Shown here in pieces: positions 34,487 to 47,849 of a stretch of DNA of 64,000 bases. Position numbers and translations under genes: made by a program. The DNA comes from Centroscyllium fabricii. Taxonomy: Eukaryota. A model generated the notes under the pieces. The model worked only from the letters and a program-made list of their open reading frames with translations, ran no database searches and was not told the DNA's origin. Within the stretch, counting starts at the first letter, position 1. Every line of letters begins with the position of its first letter. The stretch is from contig JBNRSN020000045.1 of assembly GCA_051313645.2 (NCBI GenBank), positions 3,224,001 to 3,288,000 on the forward strand, read 5' to 3'.

Positions 34487-34874
34487 GGGCGGCACGGTGG
34501 CGCAGTGGTTAGCACTGTTGCCTCACAGTGCTAGAGACCCGGGTTCAAATCCAGCCTCGGGTACTATCTGTGTGGAGTTTGCACATTCTCCCCGTGTCTG
34601 TGTGGGTTTCCTCCGGGTGCACCGGTTTCCTCCCACAGTCCAAAGATGTGCGGGTTAGGTTGATTGGCCATGATAAATTGACCCTTAGTGTTAGGGGGGA
34701 TTGAATGTGTGGGGTTACGAGGATAGGGTGGGATATGTGTCGATGCAGGCTCGATAGGGATATGGGGAGTGGGCAGGGACGGGATACTGGGTTTGGATGA
34801 TCAGCCATGATCTCATTGAATGGCGGAGCAGGCTCGAAGGGCTGAATGGCCGACTCCTGCTCCTATCTTCTATG
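34487..34874 (+). mobile_element. Full-length HE1/V-SINE-type SINE
   Basis: tRNA head with A and B boxes, V-domain, and the CR1 tail ...CTCCTGCTCCTATCTTCTATG. Confidence 0.92.
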
Positions 34875-34904
34875 ATAACAGCCACCATCATGATTCAGTG
34901 AGTA

Positions 34905-34990
34905 GCAAAGCGCATGCGCAGATATTTTGGTCAGGAACAAGGAGTGGGCGGGGCTTCAGTGTCTGTTTCCAACCGGGTCCTAGTGCCCGG
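34905..34990 (+). promoter_or_regulatory. Putative promoter of ZNF gene C
   Basis: Perfect NRF1 core GCGCATGCGCA (34910-34920) and a GC box GGGCGGGG. Confidence 0.45.
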
Positions 34991-35139
34991 GGAGTGAAAC
35001 ATTAAATCAGTTATTTCACTCTGACTCTCCACACTTCGCATTTCTCACCGTCTCTCCTGAAGGTGCTGGTAAAAGCAGAGCATACGGTAAACATCCCAGA
35101 CAATTGTAACAAAAGAGCCCCAGAGCTGGGACACACTTG

Positions 35140-38100
35140 TAAAGTCCCAGGATAGGAATCGCCATGTACAGTCCTAGGTTTGGAATCGCCATGTACAGTC
35201 CCAGTGTTAGAATCCCCATGTACAGTCCCAGGGTTAGAATCGCCATGTATAGTCTGAAGGTTAGAATCCCCATGTACAATCCCAGGTTTGGAATCCCCAT
35301 GTACAGTCCCAGGGTTAGAATCCCCATGTACAGTCCCAGGGTTAGAATCCCCATGTACAGTCCCAGGGTTAGAATCCCCATGTACAATCGCAGGATAGGA
35401 ATCTCCATGTACAGTCCCAGGGTTGGAATCCCCATGTACAGTCCCAGGGTTGAAATCGCCATGTACAGTCCCAGGATATGAATCCCCATGTACAGTCCCA
35501 GGGTTGGAATCTCCATGTACAGTCCCAGGGTTGGAACCCCCATGTACAGTCCCAGGGATAGAATCCCCATGTACAGTCCCAGGATAGGGATCTCCATGTA
35601 CAGTTCCAAGGTTAGAATCCCCATGTACAGTCCCAGGGTTGGAATCCCCATGTACAGTCCCAGGGTTAACACAGAAACACAGAAGATAGGAGCAGGAGTA
35701 GGCCATTCGGCCCTTTGAGCCTGCTCTGCCATTTTGATGGTATCTAGGCTGATCATCCAAACCCAGCTCCCCCCTCCTACCCTCTCCCCATATCTCTGGA
35801 CACCCCCAACGCTAAGAACTATATCTCACACACATGCTCATGGGCAATTTTTTTCTTTAGTATCTCCAATTCACCTACCCTGGATGTCGTTGGGTGGTGG
35901 GAGGAAACCGAATCCCCGGAGGAAACCCACATGAACAGGGGGAGGACATGCAAACTCCACGCAGAGAGGTCCCGGGCCAAGCAGTATTTAAAACTCAGGA
36001 GCTCCTTATTGCGAGGCCCATGTACAGTCCAGGGTTAGAATGCAATGTAAAGTCCCAGGGTTCGATGCCCCAGGGTTAGAATCCCCATGTTCAGTCCCAG
36101 GGTTAGAATCTCCATGTACAGTCCCAGGATAGGAATCTCCATGTACAGTCCCAGGTTTGGAATCCCCTTGTACAGTCCCAGGGTTAGAAACCCTATGTAC
36201 AGCCCCAGGGTTGGAACCACCATGTGCAGTCCCAAGATAGGAATCTCCATCTACAGTCCCAGGGTTGGAATCCCCATGTACAGTCCCAGGGTTGGAATCC
36301 CCTTGTACAGTCCCAGGGTTGGAATCCCCTTGTACAGTGCCAGGGTTGGAATCCCCATGTACAGTCCCAGGGATAGAATCCCCTTGTACAGTGCCAGGGT
36401 TGGAATCCCCATGTACAGTCCCAGGGTTGGAATCCCCATGTACAGTCCCAGGGTTGGAATCTCCATGTACAGTCCCAGGGTTGGAATCCCCATGTACAGT
36501 CCTAGGGTTGGAATCCCCATGTACAGTCCCAGGGTTGGAATCCCCTTGTACAGTGCCAGGTTTGGAATCCCCATGTACAGTCCCAGGGTTGGAATCCCCA
36601 TGTACAGTCCCAGGGTTGGAATCCCCATGTACAGTCCCAGGGTTGGAATCTCCATGTACAGTCCCAGGGTTGGAAACCCCATGTACAGTCCTAGGGTTGG
36701 AATCCCCATTTACAGTCCCAGGGTTGGAATCCCCATGTACAGTACCACATTTGGAATCCCCATGTACAGCCCCAGGGCTAGAATCTCCATGTACAGTCCC
36801 AGGATAGGAATCTCCATGTGCAGTCCCAGGGTTGGAATCCCCTTGTACAATCCCAGGGTTAGAATCCCTATTTATAGTCCCAGCGTTCGAATCCCCATGT
36901 ACAGTACCAAGGTTAGAAACCCCATCTACATTCCCGGAGTTGGAATCTCAACAGGCAATCGCAGGGTTAGAATCCCCATGTACAGTCCCAGGGTTAGAAT
37001 CTCCATGTACAGTCCCAGGATTAGAATCCTCATGTACAGTCCCAGGGCTGGAATCCCCATGTACAGTCACAGGCTTGGAATCCCCATGTACAGTCGCAGG
37101 GCTGTAAACCCCATATTCAGTCCCAGGTATGGAATCCCGATTTACAGTCCCAGGGTTAGAATCCCCATGTGCAGTCTCAGGGTTGTCATTTCCATGCAGA
37201 GTCGCATGTTTGGCATTGCCATGTCCAATCTCGGGTAGAATCCCCATGTACAGTCCCAGGGTTAAAATCTCCATGTGAATTCCCAGGCTTAGAGTCTTCA
37301 GGTACAGTCCCAGAGTTAGAATCCCCATGTACAGTCCCAGGGCTGGGATCCCCATGTACAGTCCCAGGGTTTGAATCCCCGTGTAGTCCCAGGGTTAGAA
37401 TCGCCATGCACAGTCCCAGGGTTAGAATCCCCATGCACATACCCATGGTTAGAATCTCCATGTACAGTCCCAGGGTTAGAATCGCCATGCACAGTCCCAG
37501 GGTTAGAATCCCCAAGTGCAGTCCCAGGGTTAGAATCCCCATGGTTAGAATCTCCATGTACAGTCCCAGGGTTTGAATCCCCATGTAGTCCCAGGGTTAG
37601 AATCGCCATGCACAGTCCCAGGGTTAGAATCCCCATGAATATTACCAGGGTTGGAATCTCCATGTACAGTCCCAGGGTTGGAATCACCATGCACAGTCCC
37701 AGGGTTGGAATCACCATGCACAGTCCCAGGGTTGGAATCCCCATGTACATGCACATGGGGGTTAAAATCCCCATGTACAGTCCCAGGGTTGGAATCCCCA
37801 TGCACAGTCCCAGGGTTGGAATCTCCATGTACAGTCCCAGGGTTGGAATCCCCATGTACAGTCCCAGGGTTGGAATCCCCATGTAAAGTCCCAGGGTTAA
37901 AATCCCCATGTACAGTCCCAGGGCTGGAATCCCATGTACAGTCCCAGGGTTGGAATCCCCATGTACAGTCCCAGGATTGGAATCGCCATTTACAGTCCCA
38001 GGGTTGGAATCCCCCATGTACAGTCCCAGGGTTGGAATCCCCATGTGCAGTACCAGGGTTGGAATCCCCATGTACAGTTCCAGGTTTGGAATCCCCATGT

Positions 38101-38310
38101 ACAGTCCCACGGCTGGAATCCCCATGTACAGTCCCTGGATTGGAATAGCCATGTACAGTCCCAGGGCTGGAATCCCCATGTACAGTCCCAGGATTGGAAT
38201 CGCCATTTACAGTCCCAGGGTTGGAATCCCCATGTACAGTCCCAGGGTTGGAATCACCATTGACATTTCCAGGGTTGTCATACCCATGCACAGTCCCAGG
38301 GCTGGAACTC
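35140..38310 (+). repeat. 27-bp minisatellite (about 100 units) upstream of ZNF C, with a divergent SINE inserted at about 35668-36010
   Basis: Unit ATGTACAGTCCCAGGGTTGGAATCCCC. Confidence 0.95.
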
Positions 38311-38893
38311 TCAGCAACACCGAGTGTGGTTTTCAGACACCGAGTCAGATCCCCCGGGGCAACACCGAGTAGGAACGGCGATATATGCCCAAGTCAGGAT
38401 AGTGTGTGACTTAGAGGGGAACTCGGAGGTGATGGTCCCATGCACCTGCTACCCTTGTCCTTCTTGGAGATCACGTGTTTGTGAGGTTCTGTCAAAGTTC
38501 CCGTCGAGTTGCAGATATATAATATCTCTCTCCTTCACCCCTCCCATCCCTCATCGCTCTCTCTCCTCCCATAGTGGCCAGAGTCTTGAGTAGGCCCAGA
38601 CTGGGTGGCGGGTTCATTTCCCTGAAGGACATTAGTGAACCAGTTGGGTTTTCTGACAATATGGCAGCTTTCACGTTCACTTCTTCCAGTGTTGGCCCCT
38701 CAAACGTCCAGATTCTTTGCTTAATTTCACATCCTGCCTTTGTGTTTTTCTGGGTTCTCTCTCACCCTCCCTTTTTTCTGTTTGAAATTCATTTTGCAGG
38801 GTGTTAGAAGAGGAGGATTTGCAGACAGGAAACTGAAGCCAAACATCACTTCAAGGTCTGACAGCGTCACTCAATTCATCAGGACCTTTGAAC

Positions 38894-39823
38894 ATGGAAG
38901 CAGAAAGCACTGTTCAGAGCGGGGAGAAGCCGTACACGTGTTCTGTATGTGGACGAGGCTTCAGCCAATCCTCCGGCCTGTCGAGACACAAGCGCAGTCA
39001 CACCAGGAAGAGACCGTTCACCTGCTCTGTGTGTATGAAGGGATTCACATGTTCATCCAGCTTGCTGACACACCAGCGAGTTCACACCGGGGAGAGGCCA
39101 TTCACCTGCTCTGAGTGTGGGAAGGGATTCACTCAGTCATCCAACCTGCTGACACACCAGCGTGTTCACACCGGGGAGAAACCGTTCACCTGCTCCATGT
39201 GTGGGAAGGGATTCACGTGTTCATCTGATCTTCAGAAACACCAGCGCGTTCACACCGGGGAGAGGCCATTCACCTGCTCCATATGTGGGAAGCGATTCAC
39301 TCAGTCATCCACCCTGCTGATGCACCAGCGACGGCACACTGGGGAGAGGGCGTTCACCTGCTCTGAGTGTGGGAAGGGATTCACACAGTTATCCATCCTG
39401 CTGATACACCAGCGAGTTCACACTGGGGAGAGACCATTTACCTGCTCTGAGTGTGGGAATGGATTCATGTGTTCATCCCACCTGCTGATGCACCAGCGAG
39501 TTCACACTGGTGAAAGACCATTTACCTGCTCTGAGTGTGGGAAAGGATTCACTCAGTCATCCCACCTGCTGGCACACCAGCGAGTTCACACTAGGGAGAG
39601 ACCATTCACGTGCTCTGAATGTGGGAAGGGATTCACTCAGTCATCCACCCTGCTGATACACCAGCGACTTCACACGGGGGAGAGACCGTTCATCTGCTCC
39701 GTGTGTGGGAAAGCATTCACTCAGTCATCCACCCTGCTGAGACACCAGGTGTCAAACTGCGATCTGTTCCTGACTGAAAGTGAAACAGCAGGGTTAAGTT
39801 TCCAGTCTAAAAATGACTGCTAA
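38894..39823 (+). CDS. C2H2 zinc-finger protein C (9 intact fingers plus a truncated 10th)
   Basis: [19 protein letters not shown]..., with acceptor TTTTGCAG at about 38792-38799. The last finger breaks at LLRHQ|VSNC. Confidence 0.88.
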   Translation: MEAESTVQSGEKPYTCSVCGRGFSQSSGLSRHKRSHTRKRPFTCSVCMKGFTCSSSLLTHQRVHTGERPFTCSECGKGFTQSSNLLTHQRVHTGEKPFTCSMCGKGFTCSSDLQKHQRVHTGERPFTCSICGKRFTQSSTLLMHQRRHTGERAFTCSECGKGFTQLSILLIHQRVHTGERPFTCSECGNGFMCSSHLLMHQRVHTGERPFTCSECGKGFTQSSHLLAHQRVHTRERPFTCSECGKGFTQSSTLLIHQRLHTGERPFICSVCGKAFTQSSTLLRHQVSNCDLFLTESETAGLSFQSKNDC

Positions 39824-39849
39824 TTATTCTATGATGGTTTATCGTGTTC

Positions 39850-42800
39850 GTAGAATCATAGAATGGTCACAGCACAGAAGGTGACCATTCGGCCCGTTGA
39901 GCCCGTGCCGGCTCTCTGCAAGATCACTTCAGCTAGTCCCACTCCCCCACCTTTCCCTCGTAGCCCTGCAAATTATTGTCCTTCAGGAACTGATCCAATT
40001 CCCTTTGGAAAGCCAATAGAATCTCCCTCCACCACCCGTTCAGGCCGTGCATTCCCGATCCAAACCACTCGCTGCATAAAACGTTTTTCCCCATTTCACC
40101 TTTGGTTCTTCTGCCAATCACCTTTAATCAATGTCCTCTGGTTCTCGACCCTTCCGCCAATGGGAACAGTTTCTCTCTATCTAATCTGTCCAGACCCCTC
40201 ATGATTTTGAACACCTCTATCAAATCTACTCTCAACTTTCTCTGCTCCACGGAGAACAACCCCAGCTTCTCCAAACTATCTGCGTAACTAAAGTCCCTCA
40301 TCCATGGAACCATTCTTGTAAATCTTTTCCGCACCCTCTCCAACCCTTCACTTCCTTCCTGAAGTGCGGTTCCCAGAATTGGACACAATATTGCAGTTGT
40401 GGGTGAACCAGTGTTTTATAAAGGTTCAGCATAACTTCCTTGCTTTTGTACTCTTTGCCTCTACTTATAAAGCTCACGTTCCCTAAGCTATTTTAACCGC
40501 TTTCTCAACCTGCCCTGCCACAGTCAACGATCTTGGCACATATACCCCCAGGTCTCTCTGTAGTTTATATTGTCTATCCTCGTTCTTCCTACCAAAATGT
40601 ATCACTTTGCATTTTTCTGCATTAAATTTCATCTGCCACGTGTCTGCCCATTCCACCAGCCTGTCCATGTCCTCTTGAAGTCTGTCACTGTCATCCTGAC
40701 TGTTCACTATACTTCCAAGTTTTATGTCATTTGCAAATATTGAAATGTTGCTCTTTACACCCATGTCCAAGTCATTAATATATATATCAAGAAAAGCTCT
40801 GATCCTAGGACTGATCCTTGGGGAACACCACTGTATACATTCCTCCAGTCCGAAAAACCGAAAAACAACCGTTCACCACTGCTCTCTGTGTCCTGCCACT
40901 TAACCAATTTCCTATCCATGCTGCCACTGTTCCTTTTATTCCATGGGCTTCAACTTTGCTGGCTAGCCTATTATGTGGCACTTTATCAAACACCTTTTGG
41001 AAGTCCATGTACACTACATCAACCACATTGCCCACATCAACTGTTTCTGTTACCTCATCAAAAGACTCAATCAAGTTAGTTAAACACGAATTGTCTTTGA
41101 CAAATCCGTGCTGGCTTTCCTTAATTAATCCACACTTGTCCAAGTGACTATTAATTTTGTCCCTGATTACTGTTTCTAAAAGCTTCCCCACCATCGAGGT
41201 TAAACTGACTGGCCTGTAGTTGCTGGGTTTATCCGAACACCCTTTTTTGAACGAGGGTGTAACATTTGCAGTTCTCTAGTCCTCTGGCACCACCCCCATA
41301 TCCAAGTAGGATTGGAAGATTATGGCCAGAACCTCTGCAATTTTCACCATTACCTTCTTCAGCATCCTGGAATGCATCCCATCTGGTCCTGGTGACTTAT
41401 CTACTTCAATGAGCCTTTCTAGTACCTGTTCTTTATCAATTGTTCTCCCATCCAGTATCTCAACTGCCTCCTCTTTCACTGTGACTTTGGCAGCATCTTC
41501 TTCCTTGGTACAGACAGATGCAAAGTACGTATTTAGTACCTCAGCCGTGTCATCTGCCTCCGTGCATAGGTTTCCTGTTGGTCCCTAATCGGCCCCATCC
41601 CTCCTCTTACTACCTGTTTATTAATGATATGCCATAGAAGACTTTAGGATTGTCTTTTATGTTCGCTGCCAGTCCATTCTCATACTCTCTCTCTTTGCCC
41701 CTCTTATTTCCTTTATCACTTCCCCTTTGAACTTTCTATATTCAGCCTGGTTCTCACTTGTATTCTCAACCTGACATCTGTCATACTTCCCCTTTTCTGC
41801 TTCATCTTACTCCCGATCTCTTCCATCATCCAGGAGCTCTGGCTTTGGTTGTCCTGCCTTTCCCCCTCGTGTGAATGTACCTCGACTGTACCCGAGCCAT
41901 CTCTTTAAAGGCAGCCCTCTGTCCCTGCACACTCTTTCAAACTGTGCCATTCAGTGTATATTGCCTCTCCATGTTGCTTCTGCCAAAAGGCATCACCTCA
42001 CACTTCTCTCGATTAAATTCCATCTGCCACTTGTCTGCCCATTCTGCTAGCCTTTCGATGTCCTGTTGCAGTCGATTGGTATCATCCTCACATTGACACC
42101 CCCCCGAGTTTGGTGTCATCGGGAATTTAGAAATTCTACTTAGTATTCCAATATCCCGGTCATTTATATATGTCAAAAAAGCAGTGGCCCCAACACAGAC
42201 CCTTGGGGAACACCACTGTCTACCATCCTCCAGTCTGAAAAACAGCCATTTACCACAACTCGCTGTTTTCTGTCCTTAAGCCAATTCCTTATCCAAGCTG
42301 CAACTGACTCAACTATTCCACGAGCCTCCATTTTGTTAACCAGCCTTCTATGTTGTACTTTGTCAAACTCCTTCCTAAAATCCATGTAGACAACATCCAT
42401 TGCATTCCCTTCATCAATACTCCCTGTAACTTCATCTAAAAATTCAATTGGATTAGTCAAACACAATCTGCCGTTTACAAATCCATGTTGGCTCTCCTCA
42501 ATTGGCTTAAACCTCTCCAAGTGCCCATTATATCCAGGAATATTTAGGACCCAATCCTGCCCTTTTTTGAGCCAGGTCTCCATTATCGCCACGACACCAT
42601 ATTTCCATGTGGCTATCTGCGCCTGCAGCTCACCAACCTTTTTTACCAGGCTTCGTGCGTTTACACACCTGCACTGTAAACCTATCTTAGACCTTCCTGT
42701 ATTCTCTCTTAGTCTGATCCCATCTATTACCTTACTCTGTCTTACTATAATGCTATCTGTCTCTCCCAATCCTTTGTTTCTCCTTTCTAAGGCTACATCC

Positions 42801-42850
42801 TGGTGCCCATCCCCCTGCCAAATTAATTAAAACCCTCCCCAACAGCACTA
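39850..42850 (-). mobile_element. Two to three stacked decayed CR1 fragments
   Basis: RT motifs in ORFs 40128-41479 and 41937-42769, and the endonuclease N-terminus CVNARSL...AIMETWL. Confidence 0.85.
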
Positions 42851-42869
42851 ACTTCTCCACTCTCTATCC

Positions 42870-45860
42870 AGGGGTACAAAATCTCTCCATGCCCCCTCAG
42901 AATCTTATGTTTCAATGAGATCACCTATCATTCTTCTGAATTCCAGAGAGTATCGGCCCAATCTACTCAATCTCTCCTCATAGGACCAGCCACTCATCAC
43001 AGGGATCAGTCTCGTGAACCTTCGTTGCTCCGCCTCTGAGGCCTGTATGTCCTTCCTCAGACACGGAGACAAAAGCTCCAGGTGTGGTCTCACCAAGGCC
43101 CTGTACAATTGGAGTAAGACTTCCTCACTCTTGTACTCCAGGTGTGGTCTCACCAAGGCCCTGTACAATTGGAGCAAGACTTCCTCACTCTTGTACTCCA
43201 GGTGTGGTCTCACCAAGGCCCTGTACAATTGGAGCAAGACTTCCTCACTCTTGTACTCCAGGTGTGGTCTCACCCAGGCCCTGTACAATTGGAGCAAGAC
43301 ATCCTCACTCTTGTACTCCAGGTGTGGTCTCACCAAGGCCCTGTACAATTGGAGCAAGACTTCCTCACTCTTGTACTCCAGGTGTGGTCTCACCGAGGCC
43401 CTGTACAATTGGAGCAAGACTTCCTCACTCTTGTACTCCAGGTGTGGTCTCACCGAGGCCCTGTACAATTGGAGCAAGACTTCCTCACTCTTGTACTCCA
43501 GGTGTGGTCTCACCAAGGCCCTGTACAATTGGAGCAAGACTTCCTCACTCTAGTACTCCAGGTGTGGTCTCACCGAGGCCCTGTACAATTGGAGCAAGAC
43601 TTCCTCACTCTTGTACTCCAGGTGTGGTCTCACCAAGGCCCTGTACAATTGGAGCAAGACTTCCTCACTCTTGTACTCCAGGTGTGGTCTCACCCAGACC
43701 CTGTACAATTGGAGCAAGACTTCCTCACTCTTGTACTCCAGGTGTGGTCTCACCAAGGCCCTGTACAATTGGAGCAAGACATCCTCACTCTTGTACTCCA
43801 GGTGTGGTCTCACCAAGGCCCTGTCCAATTGGAGCAAGACTTCCTCACTCTTGTACTCCAGGTGTGGTCTCACCAAGGCCCTGTACAATTGGAGCAAGAC
43901 TTCCTCACTCTTGTACTCCAGGTGTGGTCTCACCGAGGCCCTGTACAATTGGAGCAAGACTTCCTCACTCTTGTACTCCAGGTGTGGTCTCACCCAGACC
44001 CTGTACAATTGGAGCAAGACTTCCTCACTCTTGTACTCCAGGTGTGGTCTCACCAAGGCCCTGTACAATTGGAGCAAGACATCCTCACTCTTGTACTCCA
44101 GGTGTGGTCTCACCAAGGCCCTGTACAATTGGAGCAAGACTTCCTCACTCTTGTACTCCAGGTGTGGTCTCACCAAGGCCCTGTACAATTGGAGCAAGAC
44201 TTCCTCACTCTTGTACTCCAGGTGTGGTCTCACCGAGGCCCTGTACAATTGGAGCAAGACTTCCTCACTCTTGTACTCCAGGTGTGGTCTCACCGAGGCC
44301 CTGTACAATTGGAGCAAGACTTCCTCACTCTTGTACTCCAGGTGTGGTCTCACCAAGGCCCTGTACAATTGGAGCAAGACTTCCTCACTCTTGTACTCCA
44401 GGTGTGGTCTCACCGAGGCCCTGTACAATTGGAGCAAGACTTCCTCACTCTTGTACTCCAGGTGTGGTCTCACCAAGGCCCTGTACAATTGGAGTAAGAC
44501 TTCCTCACTCTTGTACTCCAGGTGTGGTCTCACCAAGGCCCTGTACAATTGGAGCAAGACTTCCTCACTCTTGTACTCCAGCCCCCTTGAAATAAAGGCC
44601 GACGTGCCATTTGCCTTCCTAATTGCTTGCTGTACCTTCATGCTAACTTTGTGTTTCCTGTACGAGGACACCTAAATCTCTTTGAACTCCAACATGTAAC
44701 AGTTTCTCACTGTATAAAAAATATTCTGTTTTTCTATAGTTCTGACCAAAGTGAATAACCTCACGTTTCCCCACATTGTACTGCATCTGCCATGTTCTTC
44801 CCCACTCACTTAACCTGTCTATATCCCTTTGCACTCTTTGTGTCCTCCTCACAGCTTACTGTCCCACCTAGCTTTGTATCATCAGCAAACTTGGAGACAT
44901 TGCACTCGGTCCCTTCATCAAAGTCATTGATATAGATTGTAAATAGCGGAGGCCCCAGCACTGATCCTTGCGGCACCCCACTAGTTACAGCCTGACAAAG
45001 GGAAAATGACCCATTTATCCCCACTCCCTGATTTCTGCCCGTTAACCAATCCTCTATCCAGGCTACTATATTAACCCCAAACCCATGAGCCCACATCTTG
45101 TGTAATAACCTTTTATGTGGCACCTTATCAAATGCCTTTTGGAAATCCAAATATACTGCATCCACTGGTTCCCCTTTATCTACCCTGCTAGTTACATCCT
45201 CAAAAAACTCTCATAAATTTGTTAACCACGATTTACTTTATAAAACCATGTTGACTCTGCCTATTCGTGTTATTATTTTCTCAGTGTCCTGTTACCACAT
45301 CCTTAACAGTGGATTCCAGCATTTTCCCGACGTCTGATATCAGGTTAACTGGCCTGTGGTTCCCTGTTTTCTCTCTCCCTCCTTTCTTGAATGGCGGTGT
45401 TACATTTGCTACCTTCGAATCGGCTGGGACTGTTCTAGAATCCGGGGAATTTTGGAAGATCACAACCAATGCATCCACTATCGCTGCAGCCACCTCTTGT
45501 AGAACCCGAGGATATAGGTCGTCAGGTTAAGTCATTGGGATTTGTCGGATTTTAGTCCCATTAGTTTTTCAAGTACTTTTTCTCCACTGATATTAATTAC
45601 TTTAATTTCCTCACTCTCATTAGCCCTTTGGTTCCACACTATTTTGTGTCTGCTTTTTGTGTCTTGTACTTTGAAGACAGATATAGAATATTTGTTTAAA
45701 ATCTCTGCCATTTTCTTGTTCCCCAATATAATTTCTCTTGTCTCAGCCTCTACGCGACCAATGTTTACTTCTGCTTCTCTCGTCCTTTTTACTTACTGAC
45801 AGAAGCTCTTACAATCTGTTTTCACATTTCTTGCTAGTTTACTCTCATTCGATTTTCACA
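42870..45860 (-). mobile_element. CR1 ORF2 fragment carrying an internal 60-bp expansion
   Basis: [19 protein letters not shown] and KFADD upstream of the array, RRFTRLIP..YSLEFRRM downstream. Confidence 0.9.
43081..44580 (-). repeat. 25 x 60-bp tandem array (EYKSEEVLLQLYRALVRPHL)n
   Basis: Successive 60-nt lines 43081-44580 are near-identical. Confidence 0.98.
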
Positions 45861-45914
45861 TACTTGAAGAGGACTAATTTGCAATGATATGGGAAAAAGC
45901 TGGCGTGAGGGACT

Positions 45915-46770
45915 ACACAGGATAGGAGCAGGAGTGAGCCATATGGCCCCCGTGATCCTGCTCCGCCATTCAATAAGATCATGGCTGATCATTGAACTCA
46001 ACTCCACTTTCCCACCCGCTCCGCATATCCCTTGAATCCTTTAATATCCAAAAATCTATTGATCTCAGCCATGAATATACTCAACGACTGAGCATCCACG
46101 GCCTTCTGGGGTAGAGAATTCCAAAGATTCACAACCCTCCCATCTCAGTCCTAAATGACCTCCCCTTATCCTGAGATAATTCTCCCTAGTTCTAGACTCT
46201 CCAGCCAGGGGAAGCAGCCTCTCAGCATCTACCCTGTCCAGCCCTCTCAGAATCTTATATGTTTCAATGAGATCACATCTCATTCTTCTAAACTCCAGAG
46301 AGTATCGGCCCAATTTACTCAATCTCTCATCATAGGACAACCCTCTCATCCCAGGAATCAATCTAGTCAACATTTGTTGCACCCTCTCTAAGGCTTGTAT
46401 ATCCTTCATTCGGTACAGAGACCAAAGCTGTACACAAAACTCCAGATGTGGTCTTACCAAGGCCCTGTACAATTGTAGTAAGACTTCCTTGCTCTTGTAT
46501 TCCAACACCCTTGCAGTAAAGGCCAACATGCCATTTGCCTTCCTAATTGCTTGCTGTACCTGCATGCTAACTCTCTGATTTGTGTTTGAGGAAACCCAAA
46601 TCCCTCTGAACAACAACATTTGATAATTTCTCGCCATTCAAAAAATATTCTGTTTTTCTATTCTTCCTACCAAAGTGAATAACCTCACATTTCTCCACAT
46701 TATACTCCATCTGCCACCTTATTGCCCATTCACTGAACCTGTCCATATCCCTTTGCAGCCTCTCTGTGTC
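45915..46770 (-). mobile_element. CR1 3' fragment
   Basis: ORF 46065-46637 is the RT C-terminus, followed by the 3' UTR. Confidence 0.88.
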
Positions 46771-46995
46771 CTGCTGGTGGGTTGCTGTTCATTATCCTGG
46801 GTGGGCAGGAGGCGACAAAACCGCTTGCCCGGGGCAAGCAAAATGTGCCGTCGGGCAAGCAAAAGAAATCAGCACTTGCCCGACCGGGCAAGCGATGTGC
46901 GGACATGACCCTCAGCGCCTCCCGGCGCCTTCGCATTGGCCGGGTCCGGCAATAGCGCTGAGGGTGTGCGTGCGCAGCCGGGCAGCGAGCGGTGA

Positions 46996-47145
46996 TGAAG
47001 AGGCGGGCCGCGGGGTGAAGAGGCGGGCCGCGGGGTGAAGAGGCGGGCCGCGGGGTGAAGAGGCGGGCCGCGGGGTGAAGAGGCGGGCCGCGGGGTGAAG
47101 GGGCGGGCCGCGGGGTGAAGAGGCGGGCCGCGGGGTGAAGAGGCG
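46996..47145 (+). repeat. 20-bp GC-rich tandem repeat (about 7 units) inside the hAT-like left end
   Basis: (AGGCGGGCCGCGGGGTGAAG)n. The copy at about 17120 has only a single GATGAAGAGGCGG. Confidence 0.92.
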
Positions 47146-47687
47146 GCGAGCGGCCTGGGAGCTGGTCTGGCACCTGATTGGTAAGTTCCATTAGCAGAGA
47201 CCAATAGAATCAGTCTTATGGATTCCATATCCCAGGTTTGTAATTGTTATCCACATTTTTCACATTGAGGCTAGTTTAATCTGGTGGCCATCTTGCTTGC
47301 TAGAATAATCCAGAACTAATCTCACTGCTGTGTTATTTCTTCTGTAGCCCTGAATCTTCCTGTTTCAAAATATTTACCTAATTTTCCCTTAAAAGATACA
47401 GTGATCTCTGCCCCAACCAGAGGAAGTCGTATTTCCCTGTTCGCTTGATGAAAAACCTTCATTGTTTAAAAATAACTATTAAATCGTCTTTAGCCGCCTT
47501 TTCTCCAGAGGAGTTAGTTTTAAAATCTCAAATGTACAGCTTTAATGTCCTGTTTATACTGGGGTGCCTAAAACTGCACTCAGTACTAAACTATAGCCTT
47601 GATATGGAGGTGCTGGTGTTGGACTGGGGTGGTCAAATGTAAGAAGTCACACAACACCAGGTTCTCGTCCAACGGTTTTATTTGAAA

Positions 47688-47724
47688 TCACAAGCTTTCG
47701 GAGCGCTGCTCCCACGTCAGGTGA
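47688..47724 (-). ncRNA. Minimal hammerhead motif, core-mutated (CUGACGU)
   Basis: TCAC-CTGACGT-G-GGAGC-agc-GCTCC-GAAA-GC-TT-GTGA on the minus strand. Confidence 0.6.
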
Positions 47725-47849
47725 AGTGAAGAGATGCACATAGGCACAGCCACAGCATATATAGTCAGAAAACAATGCTTGATGATGACAGGTAATTTTT
47801 CAAACTGCCCTTTATCACACCTTGGCAGAGAGATAATCATGGGTGTTTT

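Noticed and set aside
34487-34560. tRNA genes (also near 28615-28688, 59543-59615 and 10170-10244)
   Set aside because: These are tRNA-derived SINE heads followed by SINE bodies.
35011-38409. Long ORFs (MYSPRVGIP)n, (TVHGDSNPG)n and (ESPCTVPGL)n, also at 56051-57924
   Set aside because: They are a by-product of a stop-free 27-bp unit open in several frames on both strands, with frequent frameshifts.
43084-44675. 350-500-aa repetitive ORFs
   Set aside because: They are translations of the 60-bp CR1-derived array, not a repeat protein gene.
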